64,000 nt of DNA from Chromatiales bacterium (lineage in GTDB: Bacteria; Pseudomonadota; Gammaproteobacteria; JAGRCI01). Shown piece by piece: positions 1-9,786 of the stretch. A program made the position numbers and the translations under genes. Location of the stretch: assembly GCA_020445565.1 (NCBI GenBank), contig JAGRGI010000021.1, positions 4,089 through 68,088 on the forward strand, written 5' to 3'. Under the pieces are notes generated by a model. The model was not told the origin of the DNA, did no database searches, and saw only the letters and a program-made list of their open reading frames with translations. Each line of letters opens with the position of its first letter. Within the stretch, counting starts at the first letter, position 1.

Positions 1-1636
1 ACAGGGCGCGATCGAAGGCCCTAAGGCCATCGGTTTCATCCGCGGCGGCATTGACCTCGTCCACCAGATACGGATGGCAGCGCATGGCCCCCTGCCCGAA
101 CACGATCATGCTGCGGGTGAGAATATTGGCGCCTTCGACGGTGATGCTGACGGGAATCGACCGGTAGGGAATCGCCAGGTAATTGCTAGGCCCCATGCAG
201 ATGCCCTTGCCGCCGTGTATGTCCATCGCATCGTTGATGGTCTGCCGGTAACCTTCGGTGAGGTGGTACTTGACCATGGCCGAGACCACCGAGGGCCGCT
301 CGCCCTGGTCCAGCGCCGAGGTGGTGAGGGTGCGTGCCGCATCCATGCGATAGCTCCAACCGCCGATGCGCGCCAGAACCTCCTCCACCCCCTCGAAATA
401 ACCGATGGGAAGGCGAAACTGTTTGCGAATCCGCGCATAGGCGCCGCTGGTGCGCGCCGCCAGCTTGCCAGCTCCCGCGCCCAGGGCCGGCAGCGAGATG
501 CCGCGGCCGGTGGCCAGGGACTCCATCAGCATGCGCCAGCCATCCCCTACCCTTTGCGGGCCACCGATCACCCACTCCATGGGCACGAACACGTCCACGC
601 CCCGGTTGGGGCCGTTCTGGAAAGCGGCCCCGGGGTGATGTCGGCTGCCGATCTCCACGCCCGCCGTGTCGGTGGGGATCAGGGCGCAGGTGATGCCAAG
701 GTCTTCGTTTTCGCCCAAAAGATGATCGGGGTCGAACACCTTGAAGGCCAGCCCGAGTACGGTCGCCACCGGGCCCAGGGTGATGTAGCGTTTTTCCCAA
801 CTGACGCGCATTCCCAGTACTTCCTGGCCTTCGAAATGGCCCTGGCAGACAATGCCCACGTCTGGAATCGACCCGGCATCGGAACCGGCGGTGGGACCGG
901 TGAGGGCGAAACAGGGTATCTCCTCGCCCCGTGCCAGCCGCGGCAGGTAGTAATGCTTCTGCACCTCGGTGCCGAAGTGCAGCAGCAATTCGCCGGGCCC
1001 CAGGGAGTTGGGCACCATTACCGAAACACCGGCGGTTCCGGATCGGGACGAAACCTTCATCACTACAGAGGAATGGGCCAGGGCGGAAAAACCGTGGCCG
1101 CCGTATTCCTTGGGGATGATCAAGCCGAAGAACCGGTGCTTGCGCAGAAAGGCCCAGACCTCCGGCGGCAGATCGTTGCGTTCCTCGTTAATGTGCCAGT
1201 CGTCCAGCATGGCGCAGAGTTCTTCCACCGGACCTTCCAGAAACGCCCTTTCCTCGGCTTGCAAACGCGGCTTGGGGATTTCAAGCAGCTTGTGCCAGTC
1301 CGGTTCGCCGCGGAACAGCTCGGCCTCCCACCATACGGTACCGGCCTCGATGGCGGTGCGTTCGGTCTGTGACATCGGCGGCAACAGTCGCCTTACCCGC
1401 TCCAGAAGAGGACGGCTCAGAATGGCGCGACGCAATGGGGAAATGCCTAGCGGCAGCAGCAGTAGGGCAAGGATCGTGGCCACCGCGCCGGTTGCGGCGG
1501 GCATCAGGCCGGTGAAAAAACCCAGTGCGGCGATACCGACCAGCATGGCAAACCAAAACGGCGCAGGCAGCCTGCGTTTCGCCAATACCCACAAGCCCAG
1601 CGCGATCAGAAGGACAGTGACCGGAATCGCGATCAT
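1..1636 (-). CDS. fadE: Acyl-CoA dehydrogenase, large E. coli FadE type, with N-terminal membrane segment; 3' end runs off the window
   Basis: My own minus-strand translation from the ATG at 1636 gives [16 protein letters not shown]...[14 protein letters not shown]...[17 protein letters not shown]..., typical of FadE/YafH. It is missing from the ORF track because no stop codon lies in the window. The plus-strand ORFs 74..1372 and 969..2198 are antisense artefacts. Confidence 0.8.
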   Translation of the reverse strand, partial: MIAIPVTVLLIALGLWVLAKRRLPAPFWFAMLVGIAALGFFTGLMPAATGAVATILALLLLPLGISPLRRAILSRPLLERVRRLLPPMSQTERTAIEAGTVWWEAELFRGEPDWHKLLEIPKPRLQAEERAFLEGPVEELCAMLDDWHINEERNDLPPEVWAFLRKHRFFGLIIPKEYGGHGFSALAHSSVVMKVSSRSGTAGVSVMVPNSLGPGELLLHFGTEVQKHYYLPRLARGEEIPCFALTGPTAGSDAGSIPDVGIVCQGHFEGQEVLGMRVSWEKRYITLGPVATVLGLAFKVFDPDHLLGENEDLGITCALIPTDTAGVEIGSRHHPGAAFQNGPNRGVDVFVPMEWVIGGPQRVGDGWRMLMESLATGRGISLPALGAGAGKLAARTSGAYARIRKQFRLPIGYFEGVEEVLARIGGWSYRMDAARTLTTSALDQGERPSVVSAMVKYHLTEGYRQTINDAMDIHGGKGICMGPSNYLAIPYRSIPVSITVEGANILTRSMIVFGQGAMRCHPYLVDEVNAAADETDGLRAFDRAL

Positions 1637-1646
1637 GGTTCTCCTC

Positions 1647-2273
1647 CTAGTCCGAAGGCGGCGCTGCCAACCCCGCGGACACGTAGTTCACCAGGTGCCT
1701 CTCCAGGGCGCCGGGATCAGCGTTCGGCTCCAGGCCGGAGGATGCAATCAGGCGCATCACGTCGGTACCGGCCATACAATAGGCCAGTGTGCCCAGCATG
1801 AAATGCAAACGCCAGTGCAACTCCTGCGCAGGCAGATCCGGCAAGGCCCTGGCGAACGCGGGCTTGAAGCGGGCGATGACCTCCGTATAAGCCGCACGCA
1901 TCCATCCGTGCACCTCGTGAGAAGGTTCGCTGTAGCTTCGTCCCAACAGGCGCACGAAGCGTTCGCCACCCGGATCGCGACTCATCGCCAGGGCCGGGGA
2001 GATATAGGCCCTAACCAGGGCCTCCAGGGGAATCTCCATCCCGCTCCTCTCCAGTTCGTCCAGGCACCGCAGGCGTTCCCGATTCATCGGCAGCAAACGC
2101 CGTTCGAAGACCGCCGCCACCAGGGCCTGCTTCGATCCAAAATGGTAGCTGACCGCGGCCAGGTTCACCTTGGCCTCTCCGGTAATCGCCCGCAATGAGG
2201 TAGTCTCTATCCCCTGTGCCGCAAACAAGTCCTCGGCAGCATTGAGGATCGCCTCTTTGGTATCGGACGCCAT
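1647..2273 (-). CDS. TetR/AcrR-family transcriptional regulator upstream of fadE
   Basis: 208 aa. The N-terminal HTH reads [43 protein letters not shown], a TetR signature. It sits 10 bp upstream of the fadE start and is co-directional with it. Confidence 0.85.
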   Translation of the reverse strand: MASDTKEAILNAAEDLFAAQGIETTSLRAITGEAKVNLAAVSYHFGSKQALVAAVFERRLLPMNRERLRCLDELERSGMEIPLEALVRAYISPALAMSRDPGGERFVRLLGRSYSEPSHEVHGWMRAAYTEVIARFKPAFARALPDLPAQELHWRLHFMLGTLAYCMAGTDVMRLIASSGLEPNADPGALERHLVNYVSAGLAAPPSD

Positions 2274-2287
2274 GGCAAAGGATATAG

Positions 2288-2305
2288 TTCAAACGTTTGT
2301 TTGAA
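2288..2305. promoter_or_regulatory. Perfect inverted repeat TTCAAAC-N4-GTTTGAA, candidate TetR operator overlapping the tetR-fadE promoter
   Basis: ttcaaacgtttgtttgaa is a 7-bp perfect dyad with a 4-bp spacer, 15 bp upstream of the tetR start codon. Confidence 0.35.
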
Positions 2306-2331
2306 TCAAGTCCGACGAAGGCTCTCGGTTG

Positions 2332-2336
2332 AAGAT
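2332..2336. repeat. Left 5-bp target-site duplication AAGAT
   Basis: aagat lies immediately outside the left IR. The identical pentamer lies outside the right IR at 8408..8412. Tn3-family elements make 5-bp duplications. Confidence 0.75.
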
Positions 2337-2374
2337 GGGGTCGTCTCAGAAAACGGAAAAAATCGTACGCTAAG
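2337..2374. repeat. Left terminal inverted repeat (38 bp) of the Tn3-family transposon
   Basis: ggggtcgtctcagaaaacggaaaaaatcgtacgctaag. The tnpA stop codon lies inside it, as is usual for Tn3-family elements. Confidence 0.85.
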
Positions 2375-5336
2375 CCGGTTTCAAGGGCCGTAACGGCCTG
2401 AATTTGCCCGAGCCGGTCCTAGTGCTACTGCGCCAGACATAGTCGCCGGTCAGGTTGATATGCTCCCAACCCAGCGGAGACAGATACCGTAGCAGCCCGT
2501 CATCGACTGTTTGGCCGTGGTCACGCAAGGCATTCACGGCACGCTCCAGATAGACCGTGTTCCATAACACGATGGCTGCCGTCACCAGATTGAGGCCGCT
2601 GGCGCGATAGCGTTGCTGATCGAAGCTGCGGTCACGGATTTCGCCCAAGCGGTTGAAGAAAACTGCGCGGGCCAGCGCGTTGCGCGCCTCACCCTTGTTC
2701 AGCCCTGCATGCACGCGGCGGCGCAGCTCGACACTTTGCAGCCAGTCAAGCATGAACAGCGTACGCTCAATGCGACCCAGCTCGCGCAGAGCAACGGCCA
2801 AGCCGTTCTGGCGTGGATAGCTGCCGAGTTTTCGGAGCATCAGCGAGGCCGTTACTGTGCCCTGCTTGATCGAAGTCGCCAGCCTTATGATTTCATCCCA
2901 ATGGGTGCGAATCCGTTTCATGTTGAGCGTGCCGCCGATCATCGGTTTCATCGCGTCATAAGCGATATCATTTTTCGGGATGTAAAGTTTGGTCTCGCCC
3001 AGGTCTCGGATGCGCGGGGCGAAGCGGAAGCCCAGTAGGTGCATCAGCGCGAACACATGATCGGTGAAGCCCGCCGTGTCGGTGTAGTGTTCCTCGATTC
3101 GAAGGTCGGATTCGTGGTAGAGCAAGCCATCGAGCACATAGGTTGAGTCACGCACGCCGACGTTCACCACCTTGGTATGGAACGGCGCGTACTGATCGGA
3201 GATGTGCGTGTAGAACGTTCTTCCGGGGCTGCTGCCGTATTTCGGGTTGATGTGGCCGGTACTCTCGGCCTTGCTACCGGTACGAAAGTTCTGCCCATCC
3301 GACGATGAGGTGGTGCCATCACCCCAAGGCTCGGCGAAGGGATGCTGTATTTGGGCATTGACCAACTCGGCCAGCGCCGCCGAATAGGTCTCGTCGCGGA
3401 TATGCCAGGCCTGCAACCAGGAAAGCTTGGCATAGGTCGTGCCTGGACAGGACTCGGCCATCTTGGTCAGGCCCAGGTTGATCGCATCCGCCAGGATCGT
3501 GGTCAGCAACAAGTGCTTGTCCTTGGCCCGACCGCCCGTTTTCAGGTGCGTGAAATGACGGGTGAAGCCCGTCCACTTGTCGACCTCGATCAGCAGTTCT
3601 GTGATCTTGACATGCGGCAGAATCATCGCCGTCTGGTCGATCAGCGCCTGTGCATTGTCGGGCACCGCCGCATCCAGCGGCGTGACCTTCAGGCCAGATT
3701 CCGTAATGATGGCGTCGGGAAGTTCGTCAGCCAGCGCCATGCGGTTGATTGTTCCGAGCTGCGCTTCCAGAAGCGTCAACCGGTCATGCAGGTATTGATC
3801 ACAGTCGGTGGCGACGGCCAGCGGCAGTTCACCGGCCTGCTTGAGGTTGGCGAATTCCGTGGGTGACACCAGGTAATCCTCGAAGTCCTTGAACTGTCGA
3901 GAGCCTTGCACCCAAATATCACCCGAGCGCAGCGCATTCTTCAATTCTGACAACGCGCACAGCTCGTAGTAGCGCCGATCGAGGCCGCTGTCGGTCATCA
4001 CCAGTTTCCGCCAGCGCGGTTTGATGAAGGTGGTGGGTGCATCGGCTGGAACTTTTCGGGCGTTGTCCCTGTACATGCCGCGTAGCACCTCGATCGCATC
4101 AAGCACACTGACGGCGGCAGGCGCAGCCCGCAGCTTGAGCACGCCAAGGAAATTCGGTGCGTAACGTCGCACTGTGGCGTAGCTATCGCCGATACGGTGT
4201 AGAAAATCTAAGTCCTCGGACTGCGCGAGCTGCTGTGCTTCGCTGACACTCTCAGCGAACGCTTCCCAGGGCATGACGGTTTCAATGGCGGCGAGCAGAT
4301 CGCCGCCGGTCTGCTTGGCCTCGATCAGTGCCTGACCAATGCGCCCGAACAGCCGCACCTTGGCATTGATCGCTTTGCCGGACGCCTGAAACTGCCGCTG
4401 ATGCTTGTTCTTGGCGACGTTGAACAGTTTTCCCAGGATGCGGTCGTTCAGATCGATGATTTCGTCGATAACGGTGGCCGTGCCCTCGATGGCCAGCGCT
4501 ACCAAAGTTGCGTAGCGCCGCTGTGGCTCGAACTTGGCGAGATCAGCCGGTGTCATCTGGCCGCCCTCGAGGGCGATCTTGAGCAGCCGGTTTTGGTGCA
4601 CCAGACGTTCGATGCCGGAAGGTAGGTCGAGGATCTGCCAGACCTTGAGGAGTTCGATGTGTTCCAACAGGTACCGAGAATTTGGTCTCGCCGGCGACTG
4701 GCGTAACCAGGCCAGCCAAGTCGTCGTGCCGCTATCCCGGCGTTTAAGCAGATCGTCGAGACCGCGGCGATGCGCGCTCGACAGCGGTTTGCCCAACGCG
4801 GCGTGGATGCGCCGGTTGGCACTGGTAATCGCCTCGGCACAGACGCGCTCGACAACATCCAGTGTCGGAACGATGACGTGGCTGTGCCGCAGCGCGTCAA
4901 TGACACTGTGTGCAAGTACAACGCCCTTGTCCGTTTGCATGGCCAATTCCGTCGTGGCATGGACGGCCTGACGAAAGTCCGCCAAACCGAACGGCTCGAC
5001 GCCCAGATAGGCTCGTAATTCGAGCAGGTGCTCGCGCCGGGTTTCCTCGCGCTCGGCGTACTGCGGCCAACATGCCGGGTCGAGCTGCAACTGCCGTCCG
5101 ATCCATTGCAGCAAAAACATCGGCACGGTAGCGTCGGGCAGCAAGCCCTGGCCGGGAAAGCGCAGCAAGCACAACTGAACCGCGACACCCAGTCGGTTGG
5201 CATCGCCGCGGTGCTGGCGGATCAGTGACAGGTCGGATTCGCTAAACGTGTAATGACGGATGAGTTCGTCTTGGGTATCGGGCAATGCCACGAGGCTGTC
5301 GCGCTCGGCGGCGGAGAGGATCGAACGGCGGGGCAT
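2370..5336 (-). CDS. tnpA: Tn3-family transposase TnpA
   Basis: 988 aa. The C-terminus carries the Tn3 TnpA signature ...[29 protein letters not shown]... and the stop codon lies inside the IR. Confidence 0.95.
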   Translation of the reverse strand: MPRRSILSAAERDSLVALPDTQDELIRHYTFSESDLSLIRQHRGDANRLGVAVQLCLLRFPGQGLLPDATVPMFLLQWIGRQLQLDPACWPQYAEREETRREHLLELRAYLGVEPFGLADFRQAVHATTELAMQTDKGVVLAHSVIDALRHSHVIVPTLDVVERVCAEAITSANRRIHAALGKPLSSAHRRGLDDLLKRRDSGTTTWLAWLRQSPARPNSRYLLEHIELLKVWQILDLPSGIERLVHQNRLLKIALEGGQMTPADLAKFEPQRRYATLVALAIEGTATVIDEIIDLNDRILGKLFNVAKNKHQRQFQASGKAINAKVRLFGRIGQALIEAKQTGGDLLAAIETVMPWEAFAESVSEAQQLAQSEDLDFLHRIGDSYATVRRYAPNFLGVLKLRAAPAAVSVLDAIEVLRGMYRDNARKVPADAPTTFIKPRWRKLVMTDSGLDRRYYELCALSELKNALRSGDIWVQGSRQFKDFEDYLVSPTEFANLKQAGELPLAVATDCDQYLHDRLTLLEAQLGTINRMALADELPDAIITESGLKVTPLDAAVPDNAQALIDQTAMILPHVKITELLIEVDKWTGFTRHFTHLKTGGRAKDKHLLLTTILADAINLGLTKMAESCPGTTYAKLSWLQAWHIRDETYSAALAELVNAQIQHPFAEPWGDGTTSSSDGQNFRTGSKAESTGHINPKYGSSPGRTFYTHISDQYAPFHTKVVNVGVRDSTYVLDGLLYHESDLRIEEHYTDTAGFTDHVFALMHLLGFRFAPRIRDLGETKLYIPKNDIAYDAMKPMIGGTLNMKRIRTHWDEIIRLATSIKQGTVTASLMLRKLGSYPRQNGLAVALRELGRIERTLFMLDWLQSVELRRRVHAGLNKGEARNALARAVFFNRLGEIRDRSFDQQRYRASGLNLVTAAIVLWNTVYLERAVNALRDHGQTVDDGLLRYLSPLGWEHINLTGDYVWRSSTRTGSGKFRPLRPLKPA

Positions 5337-5487
5337 GTATTTCTTGTTCTTGAAAACGTAGGTTTACGAGAAGTCAGTCGAGGCGATTGGTGTGGCTATA
5401 AAAATCAAGGAGTTGCGGTTCTCAAAAAGGATTCTTGAAATACTATTCTCGATTGCCTATTGCCTCAACGAGTTTCGATAAGAAGCA

Positions 5488-5727
5488 GTGACCCGCTTCC
5501 GTACGGCGAATCCACGCGTGTTTGGGTCAGTGCTACATGGCACTGACCGCGATGGCAGCGACCTCGACCTGCTGGTCGATGCACTGCCTGGCGCCACGTT
5601 GTTGGATTTGGGCGATTTGGAAGAAGAATTGAAAACGCTGCTGGGTGTTGACGTCGATTTGCTGACCCCCGGCGACCTGCCGCTGAAGTTTCGGGCCAAA
5701 GTGCTCGCGGAGGCGCAACCGGTATGA
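5488..5727 (+). CDS. mntA: MNT-type nucleotidyltransferase antitoxin (MntA-like); looks N-terminally short
   Basis: The sequence NPRVFGSVLHGTDRDGSDLDLLVD contains the GS...D.D nucleotidyltransferase motif. It has a GTG start with an in-frame stop 3 codons upstream and is only 79 aa. It overlaps the hepT start by 4 bp (ATGA). Confidence 0.6.
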   Translation: MTRFRTANPRVFGSVLHGTDRDGSDLDLLVDALPGATLLDLGDLEEELKTLLGVDVDLLTPGDLPLKFRAKVLAEAQPV

Positions 5728-6115
5728 GCGAGGACAATCGGCTACCCGACTACCTCGACCACATTCAACAAGCCGCGGTCGATATGCGCGCAGCTTCGTC
5801 GAGGGGCTGGTCAAGGATGATTTCCTGGCGGATAAGCGCACGCAGCAAGCCGTCATCATGAGCCTCATCATCATTGGCGAGGCCGCCACGAAGGTGATAG
5901 ACGGCTACGCTGAGTTCACTGAAGCCCATGCCGACGTGCCGTGGCGCAGTATGCGCAACATGCGAAATCGCATGGCCCACGGCTATTTCGACATCGACCT
6001 CGAGGTGGTGTGGGAGACGGTACAGGATTGGCTGCCGGCGTTGCTTAAGCAACTGCCCGCCGTGCAGCAAGCGGCCGCGGACGAAGTCGACACCGGGAAA
6101 GGCACGGAGTCATGA
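5724..6115 (+). pseudogene. hepT: HepT-like HEPN toxin (DUF86) interrupted by a +/-1 frameshift near 5790
   Basis: Frame 1 from ATG 5724 reads MSEDNRLPDYLDHIQQAAVDMR... and stops at 5861. A second frame reads ...SFVEGLVKDDFLADKRTQQAVIMSLIIIGEAATKV...RNRMAHGY... to 6115, with the R-x4-HxY HEPN motif in RNRMAHGY. The two halves join into one HepT-length protein only if a single base is added or removed. Confidence 0.5.
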
Positions 6116-6158
6116 TTGATTTCCGAGCCGACCGTAGTGCTCCCTGTCGGGATACGTC

Positions 6159-6731
6159 ATGCTGATCGGATATGCCCGTGTTTCGACGCAGGATCAGAAC
6201 CTTGAACTGCAACGCAAAGCCTTGACCAGGGCGGGATGCGAAAAGGTCTGTGAAGACAAGGTGAGCGGTACGCGTGCCGAACGGCCTGGATTGGCCAAGG
6301 CCCTCGACATGCTGCGCGAGGGCGACACCTTGGTCGTCTGGAAACTTGACCGGTTAGGCCGGTCGGTCAAGCATCTGGTCGGCCTGGTAGGCGACCTGCA
6401 CAAGCACGGCGTGCAGTTCAAGAGCCTGACCGACGCCATCGACACCGGCACGCCATCCGGCCGGTTTTTCTTTCACGTCATGGCCAGCCTCGCCGAGATG
6501 GAGCGCGAACTGACGGTCGAGCGTACCCGGGCCGGATTAGAAGCCGCCAAGCAACGCGGCCGCAGAGGCGGCCGTAAACCGAAGATGACCGACAGTAAGA
6601 TCGAGTCGGCCAAAAAGCTCCTGGCCAGCGGCGTGCCACCGAAAGACGTGGCCAGGAATCTGGGCGTTTCCGTTCCGACGCTTTACCGCTGGGTACCGGC
6701 ATCGGCGAACACCCATGTTCGGAAGGAATAG
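6159..6731 (+). CDS. tnpR: Serine recombinase / resolvase TnpR
   Basis: 190 aa. MLIGYARVSTQDQNLELQ... carries the catalytic Ser motif, and a C-terminal HTH is present. This is typical of Tn3-family resolvases. Confidence 0.9.
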   Translation: MLIGYARVSTQDQNLELQRKALTRAGCEKVCEDKVSGTRAERPGLAKALDMLREGDTLVVWKLDRLGRSVKHLVGLVGDLHKHGVQFKSLTDAIDTGTPSGRFFFHVMASLAEMERELTVERTRAGLEAAKQRGRRGGRKPKMTDSKIESAKKLLASGVPPKDVARNLGVSVPTLYRWVPASANTHVRKE

Positions 6732-6927
6732 CGACCGTCTCGCGGTTCCTCGGAACCAACACAATGTTTCGTCGGCAACCGGCCATTTCCAGCCATTTCG
6801 ACCAAGCAAGGTTACATCCGCTTTCCGGTCACCGGGAGGTGCATCGTGAGCTTGGGGATGTTCATCAAGACCGTCCGCCATCCTCGATATCCGGGATCAG
6901 GGTTCGCTGAACTGCCTGAGTCGGCTT

Positions 6928-8109
6928 CTAAAGTCTGGGCTTCAGCACGAAGAATACATAACCGAAGTCTCCGTCAACCTGCCTCTTGAGCATAGGCATT
7001 TCCCGGTCAAGAGCGGCTAACGCTTCTGACCCAGGCATCTGATCCCTGATTTCATCGAGACGTTGCGCAAGTGGCTCACAATAGTTCGCCCAAGCTGCGT
7101 CACTGATGGTGTGGGTTCCGATGAGATCATAAGCCAGGGCGTCAACCTGCTGTTTCCGCTGTCGAAGGCTGGACATGTCAGGATACTCAGCTTGCCAGTA
7201 TGCCTTTACATCGGACTTCGGATGGTCGTTCAGCCAGACCAAGTCACTTATGACCGACACGCCATCAAGTCGCAAGAGAGCCTTCCAGATGGTCAAAGCG
7301 CGTTCGAAGCCAATGACGTAGGCGCTGTTCTCACACCAGATGAGGTCAAACGTTCTCTCCTCGAACGGTGGCGCATCCATGCTCCCGTTAACTGTGTCGA
7401 TACGCGACTCAAGGCTCTCCTCAATGGCTCTCTTGGCGAGCCTCTCAAGGCTTTGGTCGAGGTTGTCCAATGCATGAACGTGGGCCTGTGTGTGCTTTGC
7501 CAGCAGCAGGGTGGCATTGCCCGGGCCGGATGCCATGTCGAGGATTGACGTCGGTTCAATGGGGACCAGGTCGAGGGCAGCCAACGTATCCTCCTCGCTC
7601 GCAGGTCCATGGGTGTCCAGAGGTTCGAATATGGTCAGGAAGTCCCGCATGTAAGCCTCGTGCTGCGTGTAATCATGAGACAACCACCTCAGTCGGTAGA
7701 TGTCATCGTCGGTGAAGCCTTCTCGTCTCAACCAGTCCGCATGAGCCTTGGGTGCAACGAGATCGAGCCTTTCGTGGAAGGATCGCAGGTGGTCCTTACG
7801 CTCCCCGAGCAGTGCCTCCAGCAGCTGCTTGGCTTGCTGCTTCTCTTCGATCTCGTCGGTGATCTCTCCGAGCCTCTGCCGCAACAGCTCTCTGTCCATA
7901 CCCTTGCTGAAGAACGTTTTGCATTCGTTCAGTGTCAATCCACCGGACTGTAGCGCCTTCACCAGCTGGAGGCGCTGAAAGTCTTCTTCGCTGTAGTCCC
8001 GGTAGCCGTTCGCCCTCCGGCGACCACGGATCAGTCCGAGCTTCTCGTAGTAGAGGAGCGTGGTCCTCGAGAGCCCGAGTCTGGCCGCGAGTTGGGAGAT
8101 TCGGTACAT
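6928..8109 (-). CDS. Fusion protein: N-terminal MerR-family HTH, coiled-coil linker, C-terminal class I SAM-dependent methyltransferase (transposon cargo)
   Basis: The N-terminus MYRISQLAARLGLSRTTLLYYEKLGLI is a MerR HTH. The C-terminal half has MTase motif I ILDMASGPGN, post-I HALD and motif II FDLIWCENS. Total length is 393 aa. Confidence 0.8.
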   Translation of the reverse strand: MYRISQLAARLGLSRTTLLYYEKLGLIRGRRRANGYRDYSEEDFQRLQLVKALQSGGLTLNECKTFFSKGMDRELLRQRLGEITDEIEEKQQAKQLLEALLGERKDHLRSFHERLDLVAPKAHADWLRREGFTDDDIYRLRWLSHDYTQHEAYMRDFLTIFEPLDTHGPASEEDTLAALDLVPIEPTSILDMASGPGNATLLLAKHTQAHVHALDNLDQSLERLAKRAIEESLESRIDTVNGSMDAPPFEERTFDLIWCENSAYVIGFERALTIWKALLRLDGVSVISDLVWLNDHPKSDVKAYWQAEYPDMSSLRQRKQQVDALAYDLIGTHTISDAAWANYCEPLAQRLDEIRDQMPGSEALAALDREMPMLKRQVDGDFGYVFFVLKPRL

Positions 8110-8135
8110 GCGTCTTCGCCTAACGATTCAGGGGG

Positions 8136-8166
8136 ATCGTAGAGTGTAGAGCGGTAGACAAGTCAA
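8136..8166 (-). promoter_or_regulatory. MerR-type promoter with 19-bp spacer (TTGACT-N19-TACGAT) upstream of the MerR-methyltransferase gene
   Basis: The minus strand reads ctccTTGACTtgtctaccgctctacactcTACGATcccc, about 27 bp before the ATG. A 19-bp -35/-10 spacing is the hallmark of promoters remodelled by MerR-family regulators. The spacer contains TCTAC three times. Confidence 0.5.
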
Positions 8167-8369
8167 GGAGTCACAGGCAACTACCTGTGCGACCATCCGG
8201 AGGAAACGACGGCTCGGGGTCGGTAACGGACTGAGAGGCGCGCAAGCTTGGAGGTCCGCAAAGGTCGCATGGCTGCCTATTGCAGTGCACCAATCTGAGC
8301 CGTAAGTCGGTTGGCTGTTCCATTGCTCCCCTAACCCAAAGCTCAGGCCGCTAAGACCCTTGAAATCGG

Positions 8370-8407
8370 CTTAGCGTACGATTTTTTCCGTTTTCTGAGG
8401 GGACCCC
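8370..8407. repeat. Right terminal inverted repeat (38 bp) of the Tn3-family transposon
   Basis: cttagcgtacgattttttccgttttctgaggggacccc is the reverse complement of the left IR with 2 mismatches. Weaker similarity continues about 26 bp further inward on both sides. Confidence 0.85.
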
Positions 8408-8412
8408 AAGAT
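8408..8412. repeat. Right 5-bp target-site duplication AAGAT
   Basis: Identical to 2332..2336. Confidence 0.75.
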
Positions 8413-8754
8413 CATCTGCTCACCCACCTTGGATTGTGCCGCAATTTCGGCTAACGCCAAGCTTAGCTGAAACCAGAACTTGGAATCCTGATGAGGGGCA
8501 CTGCGTTAGAGAGCGATAGATGTGAATCACGGCGCGGCCCAAGGGACCGAAAAAATGAGGGGATGTGGAGCTGGGCGACCGGCCAAAGGCGCCAAAACGG
8601 GGGGGCGTAGGATTACCCACGCCACGATCAAGTACGCTTTACAGCCTCAAAGTTTCTGTCCACCCTTGCCACAGAATCGACACAGAAAGGCTTTGTCTAC
8701 GTGGGTTTGCCAAGTTTTCCACGACGCTGTGTCAACAGCGCCGTGGAATTCAAG

Positions 8755-9027
8755 TTACCAGCGCGATCCGCGAGATGGGCGTTCTCCGCGAGGTTTAGCC
8801 TGATTCACCTTCAAACTGCGACCGCCCATGGGAGTGCCGTTGAGGCCCTTGATAGCCGAATCAGCCGAAGCATTATCCCCCATTTCCACAAAGGCAAAGC
8901 CCTTGGATTGGCCAGTGGCCATGTCGGTTATCAGATTAACGCTGGATACCTCACCAAAAGCGGAAAAGGCTTCGCGAAGCTCGTCTTCATTCGCGCTATA
9001 CGGTAAGTTGCCGACGTAGATATTCAT
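8755..9027 (-). CDS. RRM (RNP-1) glycine-tailed RNA-binding protein
   Basis: MNIYVGNLPYSANEDELREAFSAFGEVSSVNLITDMATGQSKGFAFVEM carries RNP2 (IYVGNL) and RNP1 (KGFAFVEM). The start is taken at the internal Met, because the track's longer N-extension is atypical. Confidence 0.75.
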   Translation of the reverse strand: MNIYVGNLPYSANEDELREAFSAFGEVSSVNLITDMATGQSKGFAFVEMGDNASADSAIKGLNGTPMGGRSLKVNQAKPRGERPSRGSRW

Positions 9028-9475
9028 AAGATTAATGTTCCAGGTCTGTGTGCTGCGAAAAAGATGCACTACCGTGGAGCCAACACACAAAACGCGATAG
9101 TGATTTGCCATTGCTGGCGAATTCGTTCGGCTCGTCGTTTAACCGACATTGCATGAGGCTTCGGATTGAGGAGCGAGCAAGGTGGTGTTTTCAGGCGTGA
9201 GCAGTGAGATTTCAAGTAGGGGCCTACCTCATCCTAGTGAGGATTGGGAACATCGAGTGTTTCCGAACAAAAGGCGGCCTTGGACGCTGCTCGGCGATCC
9301 GGTGCCTGAAACGTATACTTCATTAGGGCCAGTTGACTTGAACCCAGGCAAGACGGCAGTGGCACAACGAAATCGCCAAGGAAAGAGAGACGCCTCTCGC
9401 TTCGCAAAACAGGGTATGATCATCGACCAATAGGGTCGAAACCAATCCGTGGGAAGATAGGGACTCGATCTCAGT

Positions 9476-9679
9476 TCAAACCACTTGGAGATTGCGGGCA
9501 GAAGGTCCTTTGGGACCGTCCTGTATTTCGAAAGTTACCTGTTGATTTTCCATCAGCGTTCGCATGCCTGCACCCGTGACCGCGCTCTGATGAACGAAAA
9601 CATCTTTGCCGCCATCATCGCGAGCGATGAATCCGAAACCTTTGGCTTCGTTGAACCATTTTACTTTTCCGGCAATCAC
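9476..9679 (-). CDS. Cold-shock protein, CspA family
   Basis: 67 aa. [18 protein letters not shown]...DVFVHQSAV is a cold-shock domain with the RNP motifs. Confidence 0.9.
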   Translation of the reverse strand: MIAGKVKWFNEAKGFGFIARDDGGKDVFVHQSAVTGAGMRTLMENQQVTFEIQDGPKGPSARNLQVV

Positions 9680-9786
9680 ACTATACCCTCATGGCCGACG
9701 ACCGCGCTGGAAGCTGAGGTAACCAGTTTTGCTGTTGTGCATCCATAGGCCACCACTCCTGATTGGTGGCCTATTCGCAAAGCTAA

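Larger units (their letters stand above)
2337..8407. mobile_element. Intact Tn3-family transposon (Tn21/Tn501-like ends), 6071 bp, carrying tnpA, an MNT/HEPN TA remnant, tnpR and a MerR-methyltransferase cargo gene
   Basis: 38-bp terminal inverted repeats start with GGGG and end with TCGTACGCTAAG (36/38 identical), and are flanked by direct AAGAT duplications. A 988-aa Tn3-family TnpA and a serine resolvase lie inside. Confidence 0.85.

Noticed and set aside
74-2198. Long plus-strand ORFs 74..1372 (432 aa) and 969..2198 (409 aa)
   Set aside because: They are low-complexity Ala/Arg/Gly-rich translations antisense to the clearly recognisable fadE and tetR genes, a typical high-GC artefact.
5337-5487. 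res site of the transposon
   Set aside because: It is expected between tnpA and the TA/tnpR module (5337..5487, or the 43 bp before tnpR). I could not identify convincing resolvase subsites by eye, so it is not annotated as a feature.
8408-8754. Possible small RNA or tRNA in the intergenic stretches (8408..8754, 9112..9475, 15741..15919, 20090..20296, 35055..35385)
   Set aside because: I scanned for T-psi-C-like GGTTCGAATCC segments and cloverleaf-compatible stems and found none. There are no spacer/repeat arrays suggesting CRISPR either. sRNAs cannot be excluded, but nothing in the sequence supports one.
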